Shown: positions 1 to 13,906 of the stretch, one piece after another
Layout: each line of letters starts with the position of its first letter
Position numbering within the stretch: position 1 is the stretch's first letter
The notes under the pieces: generated by a model
The model's database searches: none
Seen by the model: the letters and a program-made list of their open reading frames with translations, nothing else
What the model was told of the DNA's origin: nothing
Program-made: the position numbers and the translations under genes
Source: Podarcis muralis
Lineage: Eukaryota
Length of the DNA: 64,000 nucleotides
Assembly: GCF_964188315.1 (NCBI RefSeq)
Contig: NC_135656.1
Span: 28,644,001 to 28,708,000 of the forward strand
Direction: 5' to 3'

Positions 1-1080
1 AGAATATAAATAGAAGTAATCAGGGAGCTGTGGTTGACTGTCGCTCCCTGTTCAAATACATATTGGGTGACAAACCTGGGTTTGCTTCTCATGTGTCAAA
101 TGCGTGAAACAGTCTTGAATCACGGTGGCTTGTATAAAGGTACCAAGACTTTCCTGCGCAAAGAGACTTTCTTGCCAGGTTGGATGGGGTTGAAAAAAGG
201 TCTCTGTAAGAAATTCCACCTCCTTCTCCCTCTCTCCCTCACTTCTTTGATCCTCCTCTGCCTCTAGCTTGTCACCCCTCATTTACCACAAAACATTCAC
301 CATTTTCCATGTTGGTTGCAGTTTATTTTTCAGTCACCAGCTGCTTTCCCAATCTCATTCTCTCTTGCACACAACCATGTTCTCTCCTCGCTCCTCCCAT
401 GCCACCCCCCTGCTGCTCCCAACTTTTTTAAAAAATATATTATTATTATTGCAATCATTGTCGCCATTATTATTTTGCTATAAATTAGGAAGCGTAATCA
501 ATATTTGGAGAAGCCCAGTGAGATTTGTTCTGTTTGCATAAGCTGATGGAGTGGATGTTTCTCTGATATTTCAGTGTGCCAAAGGGCTTTATGGGGCAAA
601 TTGATTGATGAGCAAGACAGGCTAAGATTACACCGGGTGATGGCAGCACTTACAGGGGAAGACTTTTGGAGACCCAGCAATGGCGGGTGGGGGGGCGTGG
701 AGGAGTTCTTAGCCTGTCTTGCAAAGCTACTTGGGTGCTAATTTGCAACCGTTGGCTTCTCCATTCCTTATTACGGCACCTGCTAAACTGTTTACAAAGG
801 GAGCTGCCAGATTGCTGGTTTCGCCACAGGCCTTTTCACACTTTTAGGGCCAAAACTTTAGAGATTGTTTCAATAAAATATAACGTTATCGTGGAAATGA
901 GCCGCTTTCTCTTACGCTGTTGTTCCTCTACCCCCACCCTCAGATGAACAGCCGTTAATTGTGTGTGTGTGTGCGCGCGTGTGTGTGCTTATGTGCAATT
1001 TAGAATGTAATCTTCCCACCGTTTTCTTTGCAGCAATATATCTCTGGATTAGATCACTGGTCTTAACAGTAAATTGAGCT

Positions 1081-1238
1081 NNNNNNNNNNNNNNNNNNNN
1101 NNNNNNNNNNNNNNNNNNNNNNNNNNNNNNNNNNNNNNNNNNNNNNNNNNNNNNNNNNNNNNNNNNNNNNNNNNNNNNNNNNNNNNNNNNNNNNNNNNNN
1201 NNNNNNNNNNNNNNNNNNNNNNNNNNNNNNNNNNNNNN
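1081..1238. other. Assembly gap (158 N)
   Basis: Run of N characters. Confidence 1.
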
Positions 1239-4200
1239 CGTGGGGGGCAGACTTGTGAGCATCTATAATAGAAATAGAAACCTGGCTCGCATCTTCATGA
1301 GTCAGCACAATATAGCATTAGGTTTTGACTTGGGGGAAGTTGCATTCAAATGTGTATACAAACCTTAAAAACACACACATACACACACATCTTGAGGATA
1401 GCACACTGCTCTGAGTGAAGTGAAACCAGTTGCATCCCTAAATCTAAGCAAGATTTAGCCAACTCTGAGCCCTCCCAGCCAGCGTTGTTGGCCTCCTAAC
1501 TCCCATTAGCCCTAGCAGCTTGACCAATGGGAGACGGTATAATAAAGGAGGATGGAGAATTTGATGGGGTCTTCCTCCTCATTACAGAATCTAAATACCT
1601 GTTTCCCAACCAGTTGGATGAACTTCTGTGCTGTCTTGAGTTGGCTCTGTTCACCTGGCACAGAATTTATATAGTGCTGAGTGCACTATGACTGATTGCA
1701 CATTCCCTCGTTTTATTTTTTTGAAAACGGCTTTGATTATGCACTTTCCTTGCAAAGCTGCATGCGGTTGCATCAGAGAGAGAGGCGACTCAAGAGGCTG
1801 CAGTGTCGCAGTTCATTTCTTTGCCCGGACCACTAAAATTACGGTGAGATGTGCGGGGGGGGGGGGGATAACCACTGTGACCTTGCACAGCTCCCATTCA
1901 CTTCAGTGGGGTGTGTGCAGGAGAACTTTCCCATGGATTTTATCCCAGTTTATTATCAAGCAGCTTCATTACACCTTTTTTATTCCTCAAAATGCTCTGC
2001 AATTCCTTTCTCACTCTGACTACTTAATGTGCTGCGATTGTAACAGGTACATGTTATAGCCTTACACTGTGTACCTGCTAAAGCCACAATATTTGGAGCA
2101 CATGAATGTTTTCCCCCCTTTTTTAATAAAAAAAAACACCATGCATGCCACAAAACAGGAGCTAGAGCCTCTGAGGATGCTTGGGCAATGTATGCCAAGT
2201 TTGAGAAAGACGTTCTACATTTCAGACATTTCCATTTTAGCAGAAGTTCTTTGCTGTTGAAACGGCCCCTAACTGTAAAGTAATCAAGCAAGACAGCGAC
2301 TTGCCCAAGACTGTGCAAAATTGCTAGAATTTGAACCAGGATCTCTCCTAGCCACTGTGCTGGCCCTCTGTAAAAATGACCCAAATTCCTGCAAACTCAG
2401 TTGAATTTTGAGCAAGCTGGCTTTGCCTTCTTCCACCATCGCCAGATAAAATGGTTATGTTATGTTATCTGCTGTAGCTCAGCTCGTTCTAAGCGAAGCC
2501 AAGAGACGTCAGGCGTTGGAATTGCAGAAGTTTTGAAAGAACGCCTGTGTTGCATGCATCAAACCTTTACCCAAATAGCAACCTCCCATGTGAGCCAGCT
2601 AAGCATCTTGCTGCTGGCTTAAGACTTGCATCCATGATGAAATGCTATGAGAAGCTGAAAGAGCCCTGCGTGCAGTTGCTGTCCTGCCCCAGCCTCCTGT
2701 ATGAGCTTGCACAATGTTCTCTCCCCATCCCAAGTTTGCCACCTCTTCCCCACTATTTGCTACCCATCCATTCCACACCCCACAACAGAATTACTCATCC
2801 AGGGAACATTGTGTTTGGGAGGGAGGAACCTGCTCTAGGGATTGCTGCACTGGCCTGGAGTCGAGACTTTCCTGGCTGCCTGGATGTCCACAGAGATGCA
2901 GGAGAAGCCATAGCAGCAGTTGGAGTGGAGGCTTCCATACATTGAGGTTCCTGCTAGCGTCTGTTTTTGGTTCCAGTCTTTACAGTGCGCTGTGAGCGAG
3001 GACAGATGGTTAGACGTCATACCTATTGCTTAATGAAATGGGAAGTTGCTGGTGAGATGGGGTGGTGGAAGAGCTTGCATTCTTGTGTAGCCTGGGGGAG
3101 GCAGATCTTTGGTGCATCTGGGACTCCAAAGACGAGGTAGAGAGGGGTATAGGACCTGGTTTACCTCGATAGCCTTTGAAAGAGGCTGCTTCATTGTTTG
3201 GCTTGCCAACCTTTGTTGCCAACCTGGGCTTGCCAACCTGGCAGAGCTGCTGTCAGCACCTGAGTAATAGGCAGAAATCCAGGAGCAGGGTTTTTCCTTT
3301 TCTTCCACCCAATGCTGTGCTTCCCTGCAGGGAAAAGGTCCAGGTGCTGGATTTTCAGCCTCTCATGTGTCTAGTAGAGGCACAATAACTCCCACCTTAG
3401 CCCCATCCTCCCAAAAGCTGGCAACACTGTTTGGTGCTCCTGCTGCTTGAGGATTTTTTGGTGCTCGTCAAAGCACATTGATTTCCTCGCTGGGAAAAAT
3501 GTGTGGGCATCCGGATAGAGAGAGCCAGCGCCCCAAACCTCATGCCCCACGATTCTCCGTAATTGCAGGCTTCCACATCCGACCGACTCAGGAATAGAAC
3601 GGAGTGCTCTTCTTGCCCAGGACTGAAATAAGAGAATAGTATTTGCTTTGGGGCACATGCCATCTAAGCAATTGATCCTCAACCTGCAAAGATGCGTAGC
3701 AGGTGACTTTCCACAGCACCATTTCATCTCTGTGACACCTGCTAAATTCCTAATTGCTAGCTGTTTAAAAGCACAGGAGCCCTGCTGGAGAAAATGGTGG
3801 CAACCGTAACTCCTGTCTTTGCAGAAGTGGTGCTGACTCCTACAGGGAAGGATTCCAGACCAGTGTGCATTTATTCTGAGTACCTGTGAGCTCTATTGTG
3901 CTAATGTGGACCCTTATATTTGACATCCTAAGAAACTTGCAGCGGAATCCTATGTATGAGCACCTGAGAACAAGGTTCTCTGTATTCAGTGTGTTCTGTG
4001 TGGCTTACAAATTGCAGTCACACCTATATTTTCTTAAAACCAACTCTGCAAGTCTTGTAATTGCTGAGGGTTGCTAGTGGGTCATGTCTGATGTAAATTG
4101 CAGAAACCAAAGGAACTGCTTGACTTGGATTTCAGCAAGCAAGTGATAAGGCTTTAACGCTTCGACACAGCACTCTGTCCCTTTTCCAGAAAGATCCTGC

Positions 4201-4462
4201 TGATCACCTGTTGCCAGTCCCCTCCACCACCTTTCTTCTTTTTCTCACCCTGGTTTTTGTTGCAACACAAATTACCAGGTTCTTTGAAAAGGTGAACCTT
4301 GGAAGCAGAAACAGCCATCCAATTAAGTTAGCATATTCAGATTGACTGTCCTTAATGTAGAACTTTGAATGAAGCCCAAATGCTATCTAAAAGGACCAGG
4401 GGACATCAAAGGGGAGAAAAGAGAAAGCCACGTATTTAAAGGGGGGGGGCAGACCACAATGC

Positions 4463-4463
<1 letters not shown>

Positions 4464-4511
<48 letters not shown>
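4464..4511. repeat. (CA)n microsatellite
   Basis: Uninterrupted CA run. Similar dinucleotide runs occur near 19087-19134 (CA+GA), 32737-32791 (CA+GA), 41253-41291, 49245-49271 and 60070-60115. Confidence 0.97.
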
Positions 4512-7040
4512 AGTTCTGCTCTGTTTTAAAAGACTGGAAACCCCTGATGTTACAGAAGGGGCTGCTGGGTCTGGCTCAGCATGCCGCACTTTTGAGCTTA
4601 AGGCAGACTTTGCATCCCTTGATGTGGTCAGGAGGAATTTTGAAATGTACACATCGCAGTTCCACACCAACCTGTGGACAGTCTGAAAAGACCCAGTGAG
4701 AGCTTATATCCAATTACAGTTAATAACCTGTAATTCAGGCCAGTTTGAGGCTATTTTTCTCCTATGTTTGCCACTGCCGGCTATTAAGGCTGGGCGTTGA
4801 TTATGGGCCTCATTCAGACGCCCTCTCTGATGAGATGCGCAGGCTGGGGAGGTGGGGACCAGGCGTTTCAGAGCAGAGAAAAGCCCCAAGCGGGAGAAGG
4901 AACGCAGATACAATTGGGCAGTGCATGTGTTTATATTGCATTCAGGTGCCGTCTCGCTCCGTCATGTGTACACGCAGAGGTTCTAGTGGGAACTCTCTGA
5001 ATTGGGAGGGCAGGACGGTGCTCAGGGAATCTTTATGGTTGGTTGGCTTTGGAAGAGAGGCGGTTTTTCACATGCCCTTGAACGCAGAGGGCTGGCTGCG
5101 TTATCTAGAACCGGGCACAGCGCAGCTGGCTGTGCATCTGTCACAGAGAGCCTGGGCATCCTGGCAACGAGCTATGCATAATGTAATTTTTCTTTTTTAA
5201 GATGGGTTGCTAACAAGAAGGCCAGAGCTGTGGCTCTATGCTCTCACTGCTGTACATGGCTGTTTGGGACAGGAGCTCCCAAATACTTTGCTGTACAGTA
5301 GAAAGTCAACCAATCTATTTTTATCTTTCTTTGGGATCTGCCTATTAGTTCCAGCTGGTAGCCTGGAAGTGATCCACCTTGTGCCCTATTGTCACTAGCA
5401 CTGACAAGTGTGTTACTAGTCTGAACCTGGCAACTTTCCACAAAGCCGTTAGCAATCTACCTCTAGGGCATTTTGGGATTTTTTTGTCTCCATATGTAGA
5501 ATTCAGAGATGAGGGTTCAGATGTCTCAGCATTACTACTTACTTGATCATGTGCGCAGTTTAACTGTCTTTCTTTGGCACCTGCTATGACCCTTCCAATG
5601 TTTCATTATTATTATTATTATTTTAAACAGACTTTTGTTGTTATTTAGGTGAGCGTTTTGCTTTTTGGGTTTTTTTTGTCTGTATTCTATTTGTTTGGGG
5701 GTATGTATGTATTAAGTGTCCTGACTATTTCAAGGGAGTTATGAGCATTTTCAGATCTTCTTCTGTGAAATGGGTATTTCATGGTCCCTGCAACCGTTTC
5801 TTGATTTCCAAAAGTGCTCCTAGGCCCTAAAAGTTTGGGAACTCCCTACTGTAAGCACTTAGCAAAGGAGCAGTTAGGTTGTGTGTTATTGTAATTTAAT
5901 ACTCTGGCCCCAGCAAACTGGAGTAACCACCCCAAACTGTTAAAAGTCAAGACATCAGGTGCTTAAAATTACAAGTGACTAAAAACTGTCAGATTTTTAA
6001 AAGGTGACTATTACTTATTTCCCCTTTTTATTTGAATTTTAATCATTTGGGTCACATGCAGCAGTTCTCATTTTTAGACAGTTATATGTAAGAGTTAAAA
6101 TATTCTTTTTTAAAAAAGTGGAAGTTTAAGTTCTCAGATTTCCTCAGTGAGTTCTCCTCATCTCAAGAAAACTGCCTTATGGGTAAGACTAACAACCAGA
6201 CAAAATTTTACTAGCTGAACTCCCATGTTCTTATCAGATGTATACATAATGGCTTAGACTTTTTCTATGATTCAGGCAATATTTTTTTCCATGTGTGTGT
6301 GTTTCTTATAGCTTCGCATAATGTCTATACAGATTCCACATATGCTCAGCGACGCTGACTCCTTCAGGTTGTTTTAAAGCGTACACCCACCCACCCACCC
6401 CTGAAGCTGGTTGTGTTCACAAAGAAAAATGAAATATATTTTAAATAAGCTCAGAGCCACTCAACCCAAAGGGCCATAATTTTTGAAAACAAAAGCCAAC
6501 AACCGTACGTACAGACCACGTGATATTACTGTGTGGAAAACGGTATTTGGGCTGTGCAGCACATTGGATATCGTGCTGGCTTCTGGGTTTGTGTGGTGGT
6601 GCTGGTAGTTGTTGTTTCCACACTTTCCCCCAGATCCTTCTTGATTCAAGGATGGGCGCAAACCCAGGCCTTTCCCATTCCCAGAATTTTCGCAAATCCA
6701 AAGAATTGAGCAACGGAAGCCCTGGAGCCAAGTTTTTGCCTCCCTTGCCCTCACTGGCACAAACCCTTAACAGCTAGTCCCTGACTCATGCATGTTGTGA
6801 TTTGCCTTCGCGGCCAAGGAGCTTGTTTCAAGAGAAACAAGCTCCTGATTGGGCTGAGCATAGGAATGGGCCTAGCAGTCCCCGGGCTGCCTTGCCTCTG
6901 CTACTGACTCATTAAAGTTCCCTTGGGCAAGGTCCCCTCCCTTGTTCCAGGCCTGCCCTCCCTTTGCTTCTCCAAAGAGATGAAGAGGAAATGAATTTCT
7001 ATGTGCAAAAAGCTGAGAAACTCCACACTTACTGCAGTTG

Positions 7041-7369
7041 CAGACCCTCCAAGCGCCCCTATTTTCCAGGGATAGTCCCAGATTCACAGAAGCCATCCCA
7101 GTTTCTAATTTGATCCCGCTTTTCCTTAGGATGTCCCCATTTTCATCCGAGAAATGTTGGAGGGTATGGAGCTATTCGAAAGCCATCGAAAGGCAGCCCT
7201 GTATAGGGAAGTTTTTTAATGTTTAATGTTTGATTATGTTTTCATATCTGTCGGAAGCTACCCAGAGTGGCTGGGGTAACCCAGTCAGATGGGCAGCGTA
7301 TAAATAGCAGAATTATTATTATTAAATAGGACGTCCCTGTTTTCATTGGAGACATGTCGGGAGGGTATG
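7041..7369. mobile_element. Degenerate non-autonomous element with ca(g/t)accctcc...ggagggtatg termini and an internal L2-like AT-rich tail
   Basis: cagaccctcc at 7041. gttggagggtatg near 7166-7178 and gtcgggagggtatg ending at 7369. No clean TSD seen. Confidence 0.45.
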
Positions 7370-8628
7370 CAGTTGGTGGTTTGGTAGCCAGTGGGGGTGG
7401 GTCAGTTTCCCATCAGCCACATTGTTGGGTTTTTTATTTTTTTAAAAAAGGTTAGCAAGGTTATGTCTTCCTGCTTCACAGTGCCTTACGCATATTGAGG
7501 GCAGTGCGTTGAGAACCCTTGAATGCACCAAAGGCGAATTTATGATACTTATCTGGTTGTGCATGACATGCCCTCTCTGCGTTTCTGGGTTGGCGCTTCT
7601 TCAGTGCTCAGCATTACATTTCTGTTGTTTCGCACCATGCATTTGAATGCAGCCTCCCTCTCCGCCTTACATTCTGCACGCTGGTGTGATTATGGTTGAC
7701 TGTGCTGGCTTTGCATTCATGGGCATGCTTTTGGGTAGGTAGCGTTTGTTTGCTGTGAAGATTACACAGCAGGAAATATGTGTGTTTGCATCACTTCTTC
7801 GAGACAGGAAATGTGCACTGAATAATTTGTGAAGCACTTAATTTGAGCTGGGTTATATAAAGGCTTGGCCCCGTAATCAAATTTCCACGTCGGGGCTTAG
7901 AATTAAATTGTGAGATAATTGTTTAACTGAACATGTGCAGAGTGCCTGTGAGAGATAAAGGAAATTAGCACGTGTCTGGGGGTTAATGGAAAATACTTGC
8001 ATCGCTCAGAGCCTATAACTTCTGGTCAGAATTGAAGATCAGCACCTCCTGTCTGGGAAGTACTACATTTGTGTAGCTATGAGGAGAGGTTGGTATTAGC
8101 GTTCTTCCTCTGAGTTTGGATCTACTAGGCATGAATCTGCTTCTCGAAGTTCTGTGTGACTTCTGTTTTTAAAGTTGGAATGTCTCTGGCTTCAGCTCTT
8201 GGTGTGCGCTAAGATGGCGGCTGTTCCGTTTGCAATGGAGCCCAGAGCTGGAGGTTATTTTCAAGGCAGTCCTAGCTGCTGAACCTTTTCCCAGCAGAGC
8301 TGGTTTGGGCCAGGCCTCTCCCACAGAACTTGGCCTCCTTTTCCAGCCACTGAAACCTGACTGGGAGCTGCACAGATGTTTGTCTGAGTATTTCCCGCAC
8401 AGCCCCCAGAGGCTGGGGCTGGGTGAGGCCCTCCCCAGCGCAGCTCTTCTGGGGAAGTCAAGCTTGAGCCCAGTGACCTGTGTCCTGGGCTCAGCTACAA
8501 CTTTCCAACCACCAGAATAGCCTGTTCCCTTTTCTGTAATGGCTCCTGAACCTGAAACAGGAGTGGGGGAACCCCCGCTCAGCTGCTTGAGTTCACTCAC
8601 TTGAGTTAATCATGAAACAACACACAAT

Positions 8629-8767
8629 ATAGCTTAGTTGGTTAGAGTGTGGGGCTGATAATGGCAAGGTTGCAGGGTCAATCCCTGAATGGGACAGCTG
8701 CATATTCCTGCGTTGAAGGGGGTTGAACTAGATGATCCACGGGGTCCCTTCCAACTATGATTCTATG
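8629..8767 (+). mobile_element. Short tRNA-head SINE with CR1-like 3' tail (Squam2-like, family name uncertain)
   Basis: A-box-like tagcttagttggttagag and degenerate B-box gggtcaatcc. Tail gggtcccttccaactatgattctatg resembles CR1 3' ends. Confidence 0.7.
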
Positions 8768-11700
8768 GGGAAAAATAGTTGGGCTTCCTCACTTCTGGCC
8801 ATATTGTCCTTGTTTCCACTCCTCAGATTTGTTCTGTTCAGACACCTCAGTCCACTGGGCACCCAGCCGCCCCCTCTCTCACACACCCCCGAAACCCCTT
8901 TTGCTTCTGCCTCACTTGTAGGCTTCCCCCATATCGCCATTTCATTCCCAAGTCAGGGCCTGTCTGCTTTGTATAACCTCATATAGTTCTGTCACGTCTC
9001 TCAGGATCAATCTGTAGTTTCAGTGCCTGTTGTATTTCAGCCCGGCTCAAGTGGTTATTGAAATCTAGCTGGACAATTATAGTTCTTAGCATTTATATAG
9101 CGCTTTTGACTGTGGAAGGCTCTCGGGAACCTGCCATTTTTCATCTGTGTTTTTCGGTCTTCATTGCATTCTGAGCCTCCAACTTTGGCAAAGGAAGTAC
9201 ATAGGGGCGCCATTTCTTTTTCAAGTTAAATATATCAACCAACTATCCCTCCCTCCCTCCTGGTGTTTGATTAGGTGAGAGACATATGAGGTGCGCTGGA
9301 TTTGTGTATCTATATCCATAGATCTATATCCAGCTGCATGCGCACAAATGCATTTGCAGCACAAAAATGTAGTTTTTTCTCGATCTGGAATCCATTATGC
9401 AGCCATCTCCAACATGTTGCTTCCAAACGAGATTGATTCCAGATCCTGCCATCCACAAAGGTGGGTGTGGTTACTTGATACAATTTTGAAAACCCTCCCC
9501 TTGATTAGGTTAGCTATTCTTTTCCCTCCCTGCATGTGCCCCAGGTGAGTGAAGAAGGAAGGGGTGATTGCAATCTTTAGTATACACTCACCAAACAGCA
9601 TCACTGGCTACATCCATTTTCATCTGTTTTCAAATGGACACAATGCAGGGAAATGCAGAATCAATGTGCAATGAGCTATTATTTTCAGAATGAAAGCAGT
9701 TTCTCAAATAGCGCTTTTCAGGGGCAAAAAAATATGCAATAGATCTTGATTGTGTGTAGACTGTAAAAACAAAACAAAAACCAGGTATTCACTTTCCATT
9801 GATTCAAGTATAAAGTATTGTGCGTATGTATCCTATGTATTTGTGTGTGCATATAAGTATATGTTGTGTACTGTGAAGTATATTTTTATGGATGAACTGC
9901 TGCTTTGTCTGAAATAATCAATTGCATTTATCCATGGAGGGCATAAATGCTCAGTTTTTAATGTCGCCTTCTGCTAAAATGGTTGTTCTGTAACTTAAAA
10001 GCTGGGACCAGTGAAAGATCTACATTATCTATTACCCATTTTCATTTGGCAGTACCTTTGCCAAGTGTTGTTAAAAGGAAAGTGAACAAGGAGTTGTCAG
10101 CTCAAACTATGAGAGTGTGAGCCCAACTCTCTTGGGGCGGGAGGGGTAGGAGTTTGTTGCTGGTTCAATTATTCTAGGTTCTAGAATAAATTCCAGCAAA
10201 CCTTCCCCCCCGCCCCTCGAACTCACAAACTTATTGAGTGTGCGAGCCACAGATGTCTGAGATTCTAGCATGGCTAGGCTGGGGCGGTGGCGGATAGGTG
10301 GGTGGGGAGAGAGATGTCCCACCACTGCTTTTAAACTCTAAAATTGCTTTACAATTCAGAACAATGAGGAAGCTGCACATCGAATCAAGGAGACCCACAG
10401 AAAACAGGAGATGTGGGCTGGCTGAGTCACAGAAGGCTTGTCAGGTAGAGAAATGAGAGGCTAAGACGGATGGGTTTGGAGCTGTGCATTGCCGTGCAGC
10501 AACAGGGCAGGGATGAATGGGTGCTGTTTGCCTCAACAATGGCAATCAAGGCAGCTGCCTTTGTAAGCCAGGGCAGCTCTACGGAGAATGTGTGCGTCAT
10601 GCGCTGTTTGAATTGATGCTTCCAGGGCTGATAGAGTTGCCTCAGTAACATGGGGTAAGTGGGGACAACCTGGGCTTATCCCATTCCCCGGTTTCCGCCC
10701 CATTCACTTAATGATCTGGCCGCAGCAGTGGGGTCCCTTCCCTGAAGCCAAAATAAAGCTGGCAAATGAGAGTTTCAAAATAAAAAAACACCATGGAGCA
10801 ATGATGTCTTGAAATATGGACTTAAAATGTGGTTGGAGGTTATTTTTGGCAGTAGAGGGGACGTTTGGGATGATCTGGAGAAAGGGGTATTGCCTCGAAG
10901 AGCGAGGGGCAGCTGCAGTATCCATCAGCTCTCAGTGGCCAGTTAGATAACTTCATCCAAGCCTCAGTCCAAATTAGCCTCTGCCCTTTGGCACGCACCG
11001 CAGAAGCTGAGCTGTTTGGAGAGGAAAGAGTTTGGAGCTCAGAGCCCAGGACATCCCAAATATCACATACATTCTCGCAGAAAAGTCATGCAAGCCTCCC
11101 AACTCTCATCTAGCCTGTTGTCGTCTCTCACCAACCTCCATGCTCTTTTTCACGCTGGAAATAAGATGGCAGGCGGGCTGTGGATGGACTGAGGGGCACC
11201 AGCCAAAGCATGTGCGGGGCAAGGAGTGCATGGCTTTGGGGCAGAAAGGGGCGTTGCGGATTCATGCCATGGGAAGACTAGGAGCCCTGGGCTTCTCTTG
11301 CGGGTGGGGGGCGCCTAGTGACACCTGGAAGGTTTTAAGTGGGAAATAACAGCCACCTTTTGGGTCAGAGTTGAAGGGCATTAGTGTAGCTATGAGTGAT
11401 GGGAAAGGAGCCCAGCCCCAAGGGAGCAGCAACTGATAGCTCAGACTGAGTACTGTAAAGCCTTGGAATAAGGGATGCTGTAGCCCTGGCTCGGTATCCT
11501 ATTAGTGTCCAGTCTGGAGCTGATTGCTTTGTTTAAATATGATTCACTGGTGGCTCCACTGATTCACATCAGGAGATCCTTAGGTGCAGCTAGCAGAATG
11601 TATCCATTACAAAGCAGCTGAACAGGCTTGGCACCGGGCTCGATGAGCCCTTCAGTCAGACTTTTCAGAACATTATTATCTAGCTCCAAGGAAAACCTCC

Positions 11701-12607
11701 CTCCTTTGGCCTAGCTTACAGAGCAGGGCTTGTTGCCTCAAACACCTTGTATTTAGGGAGAGGCGGTGTTGCTCCCTTGGCACAAGTGAAATTAAGCACA
11801 CCACTGCTTCCAAACAATGCCTCCCCTAGCTGGCACATTTTTCCACTGGGCTGGCCACAGCTTGGCCAGAGGACAGGTGCTGTTCTTGGTGCCTTTCTGC
11901 TGGCTGTACACTTTTTTTTCCGTGCACTTTTCTTGAGTCGTAATGCCTAGAATCTGCAGGATCACAAACCTTGCAACAGTTTGTCCCTGCCCTGGACCAG
12001 AAACCACCAACATACCTCTCTGTGAACTCTAATTCCCTAAGGTAATTGGATTGAGCACCTTCTTCCAGCCCTTGCAAGTTGAAATCAGGCATCCGTGTTG
12101 GAGTTCCTGATCCTTCCGAATGAAGACTGGACTTCCTCATCCACAGTTGCCCAGAGTACCACATGCCCATAACTACTTTTCAGCAGCGCATCATCTGCCC
12201 CTGTTGTGTGTTGTGAGGCCCGCCCTGGAGATTGGCACAACAGTTAAGGAGATCCCTATTCAGAAAAGGAGATGAAGAGAGTGGCTGCTTGTCCCACAGT
12301 TTTGGGGTTCTGAAAGTTGGCTTTCGGCTAAGCTGTTGTTGATTGCTGTTTTATATGAACATTATTTTTTTTTTTGTCCTGGTCTGCTTCTGCATGCAAA
12401 GTGCCTGTGTTTGACCAGGTCCTGTGCTTTGCTCTTATTTTAGTGTCGGGGCTCAGCTCTGGCGTACAGGAAGCAAATATGAGAGTGAGTCCAGTGGGTG
12501 GTTTGGGAACAATAGGTACTGCAACATTCTGAAGCAAATGAGTAAACCTGATTTGTAGTCTGGATGAGACACCACTGTAAGCCTCATTTAGGGCACACAT
12601 AAATAAA

Positions 12608-12850
12608 TTATAAGAACATCAGAAAAGCCTTGCAAGATCAGACCAAAGGCCCACCTAGTCAGCCCACAGTGGCTCGCAAGCAGGTTTTGTGTGCAATAGC
12701 ACTTTCCCCATCTTGTTTTCCCCATGCTGCTTCTGGCAGTAGAGACAGAACATAGCAATTGTGGCTAGTAGCCTCTGACAGACTTAACCCTCCATGAATT
12801 TGTCTAATCCTCTTATGAACCTCCAAGCTGGTAACCATCACATACAGTAA
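12608..12850 (-). mobile_element. CR1 LINE 3' fragment
   Basis: ataagaacatcagaaaagcc...gatcagaccaaaggcccacctagtc is the reverse complement of a squamate CR1 3' end. Boundaries approximate. Confidence 0.6.
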
Positions 12851-13906
12851 ATAACTAAAGGAAGGAATGAGTGCCACTGAATTTGTGCAAAATGGTTTTT
12901 CCTCTTCATTTAAAAAAAAAGAGAAAACAACCAATAGCCATACATCTGTGGTTGGAGTTGCAAACAGGCTGAAAGACTCAAGACTTCTTCCTTTAGAAAC
13001 CTGAACACTTTCCCTTTCCTTGTCTCCTTACTCTGACATCATGAATGAATTTATGGTAATTCTTGCCCAGTGGTGAAAGGGGGAAAGTCCCCCCCCCCCA
13101 GTGTTGTTTTTAAGGTGGAAATTCCTGTTTCCTGCAACTCATTTGAAGGGTTGGGGAACCGGCATAGCCTCGTTTTTTCCACAGACAGTGGTGGATGGCG
13201 TTCCTCCTGGTCATAATGGTTTGCTTGCTAAGATATTTGGATTCTGCTTCTATGAGGATTTTATAAGGATTCAGATTATTATTTTTCCTGGTTTCCAGTG
13301 GCCAGAGAGAAGTAAAATCCCCTGTAGAGCTCTGGTTTACTGACTAAAACCACAAAGAGTTTGAATCAATGGAAAAACATGGGGAGCAGTTGCTTTCTCA
13401 GCCTTTGTTGTGTTACTCAATGGATATTCCTTTCCTAGACCTGCTTTTGCCTCCTGCGTCCACATCTTGTAATGATGTAAAGCAAACTGAATTTCAAGAA
13501 TTTAGTGGGATTGGACCTGGAATTCCCTTTTATACAGGCAAACTTTACAGTCAACAATGGCTTTGAGGAGACGGATGCTGTGCTTCTTAAAGCATTGAAT
13601 TACAAAAGCAGGGTAGGGTGGGAGTTGGGGGCAACTGAGCCTCAGTGGGCCCAGCAAACGAGATCCACCCCACCTTCCTTGAAACTTTGGAAACTTCCAT
13701 GCTGAAAAAAGCAACCTGATCTGCAGAAATCATCTGGCGTTATCACTTGCTAATCCTTGCAGATCCCTAAGATGTTGCTAAAGGCACAGGTGCAGCGCCC
13801 AGTAAAATAGTTGGAAACCCTTCTTCGCCAGCCATGTTGCCACCAGACCCCAAGAGAGCCTTTTGAAATTCAATTTGAAAGGCAAATTTATCACAGCAAC
13901 TAACTA

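Noticed and set aside
3201-3240. Three copies of TTGCCAACCT that look like a tiny repeat array
   Set aside because: Only three short units with 5-6 nt spacers. Most likely local duplication or transposon terminus debris, and not CRISPR-like. The DNA is eukaryotic.
8629-8700. tRNA-like A/B boxes as tRNA genes (also 15239, 21567, 47695)
   Set aside because: These are SINE heads continuing into SINE bodies and tails. No complete cloverleaf.
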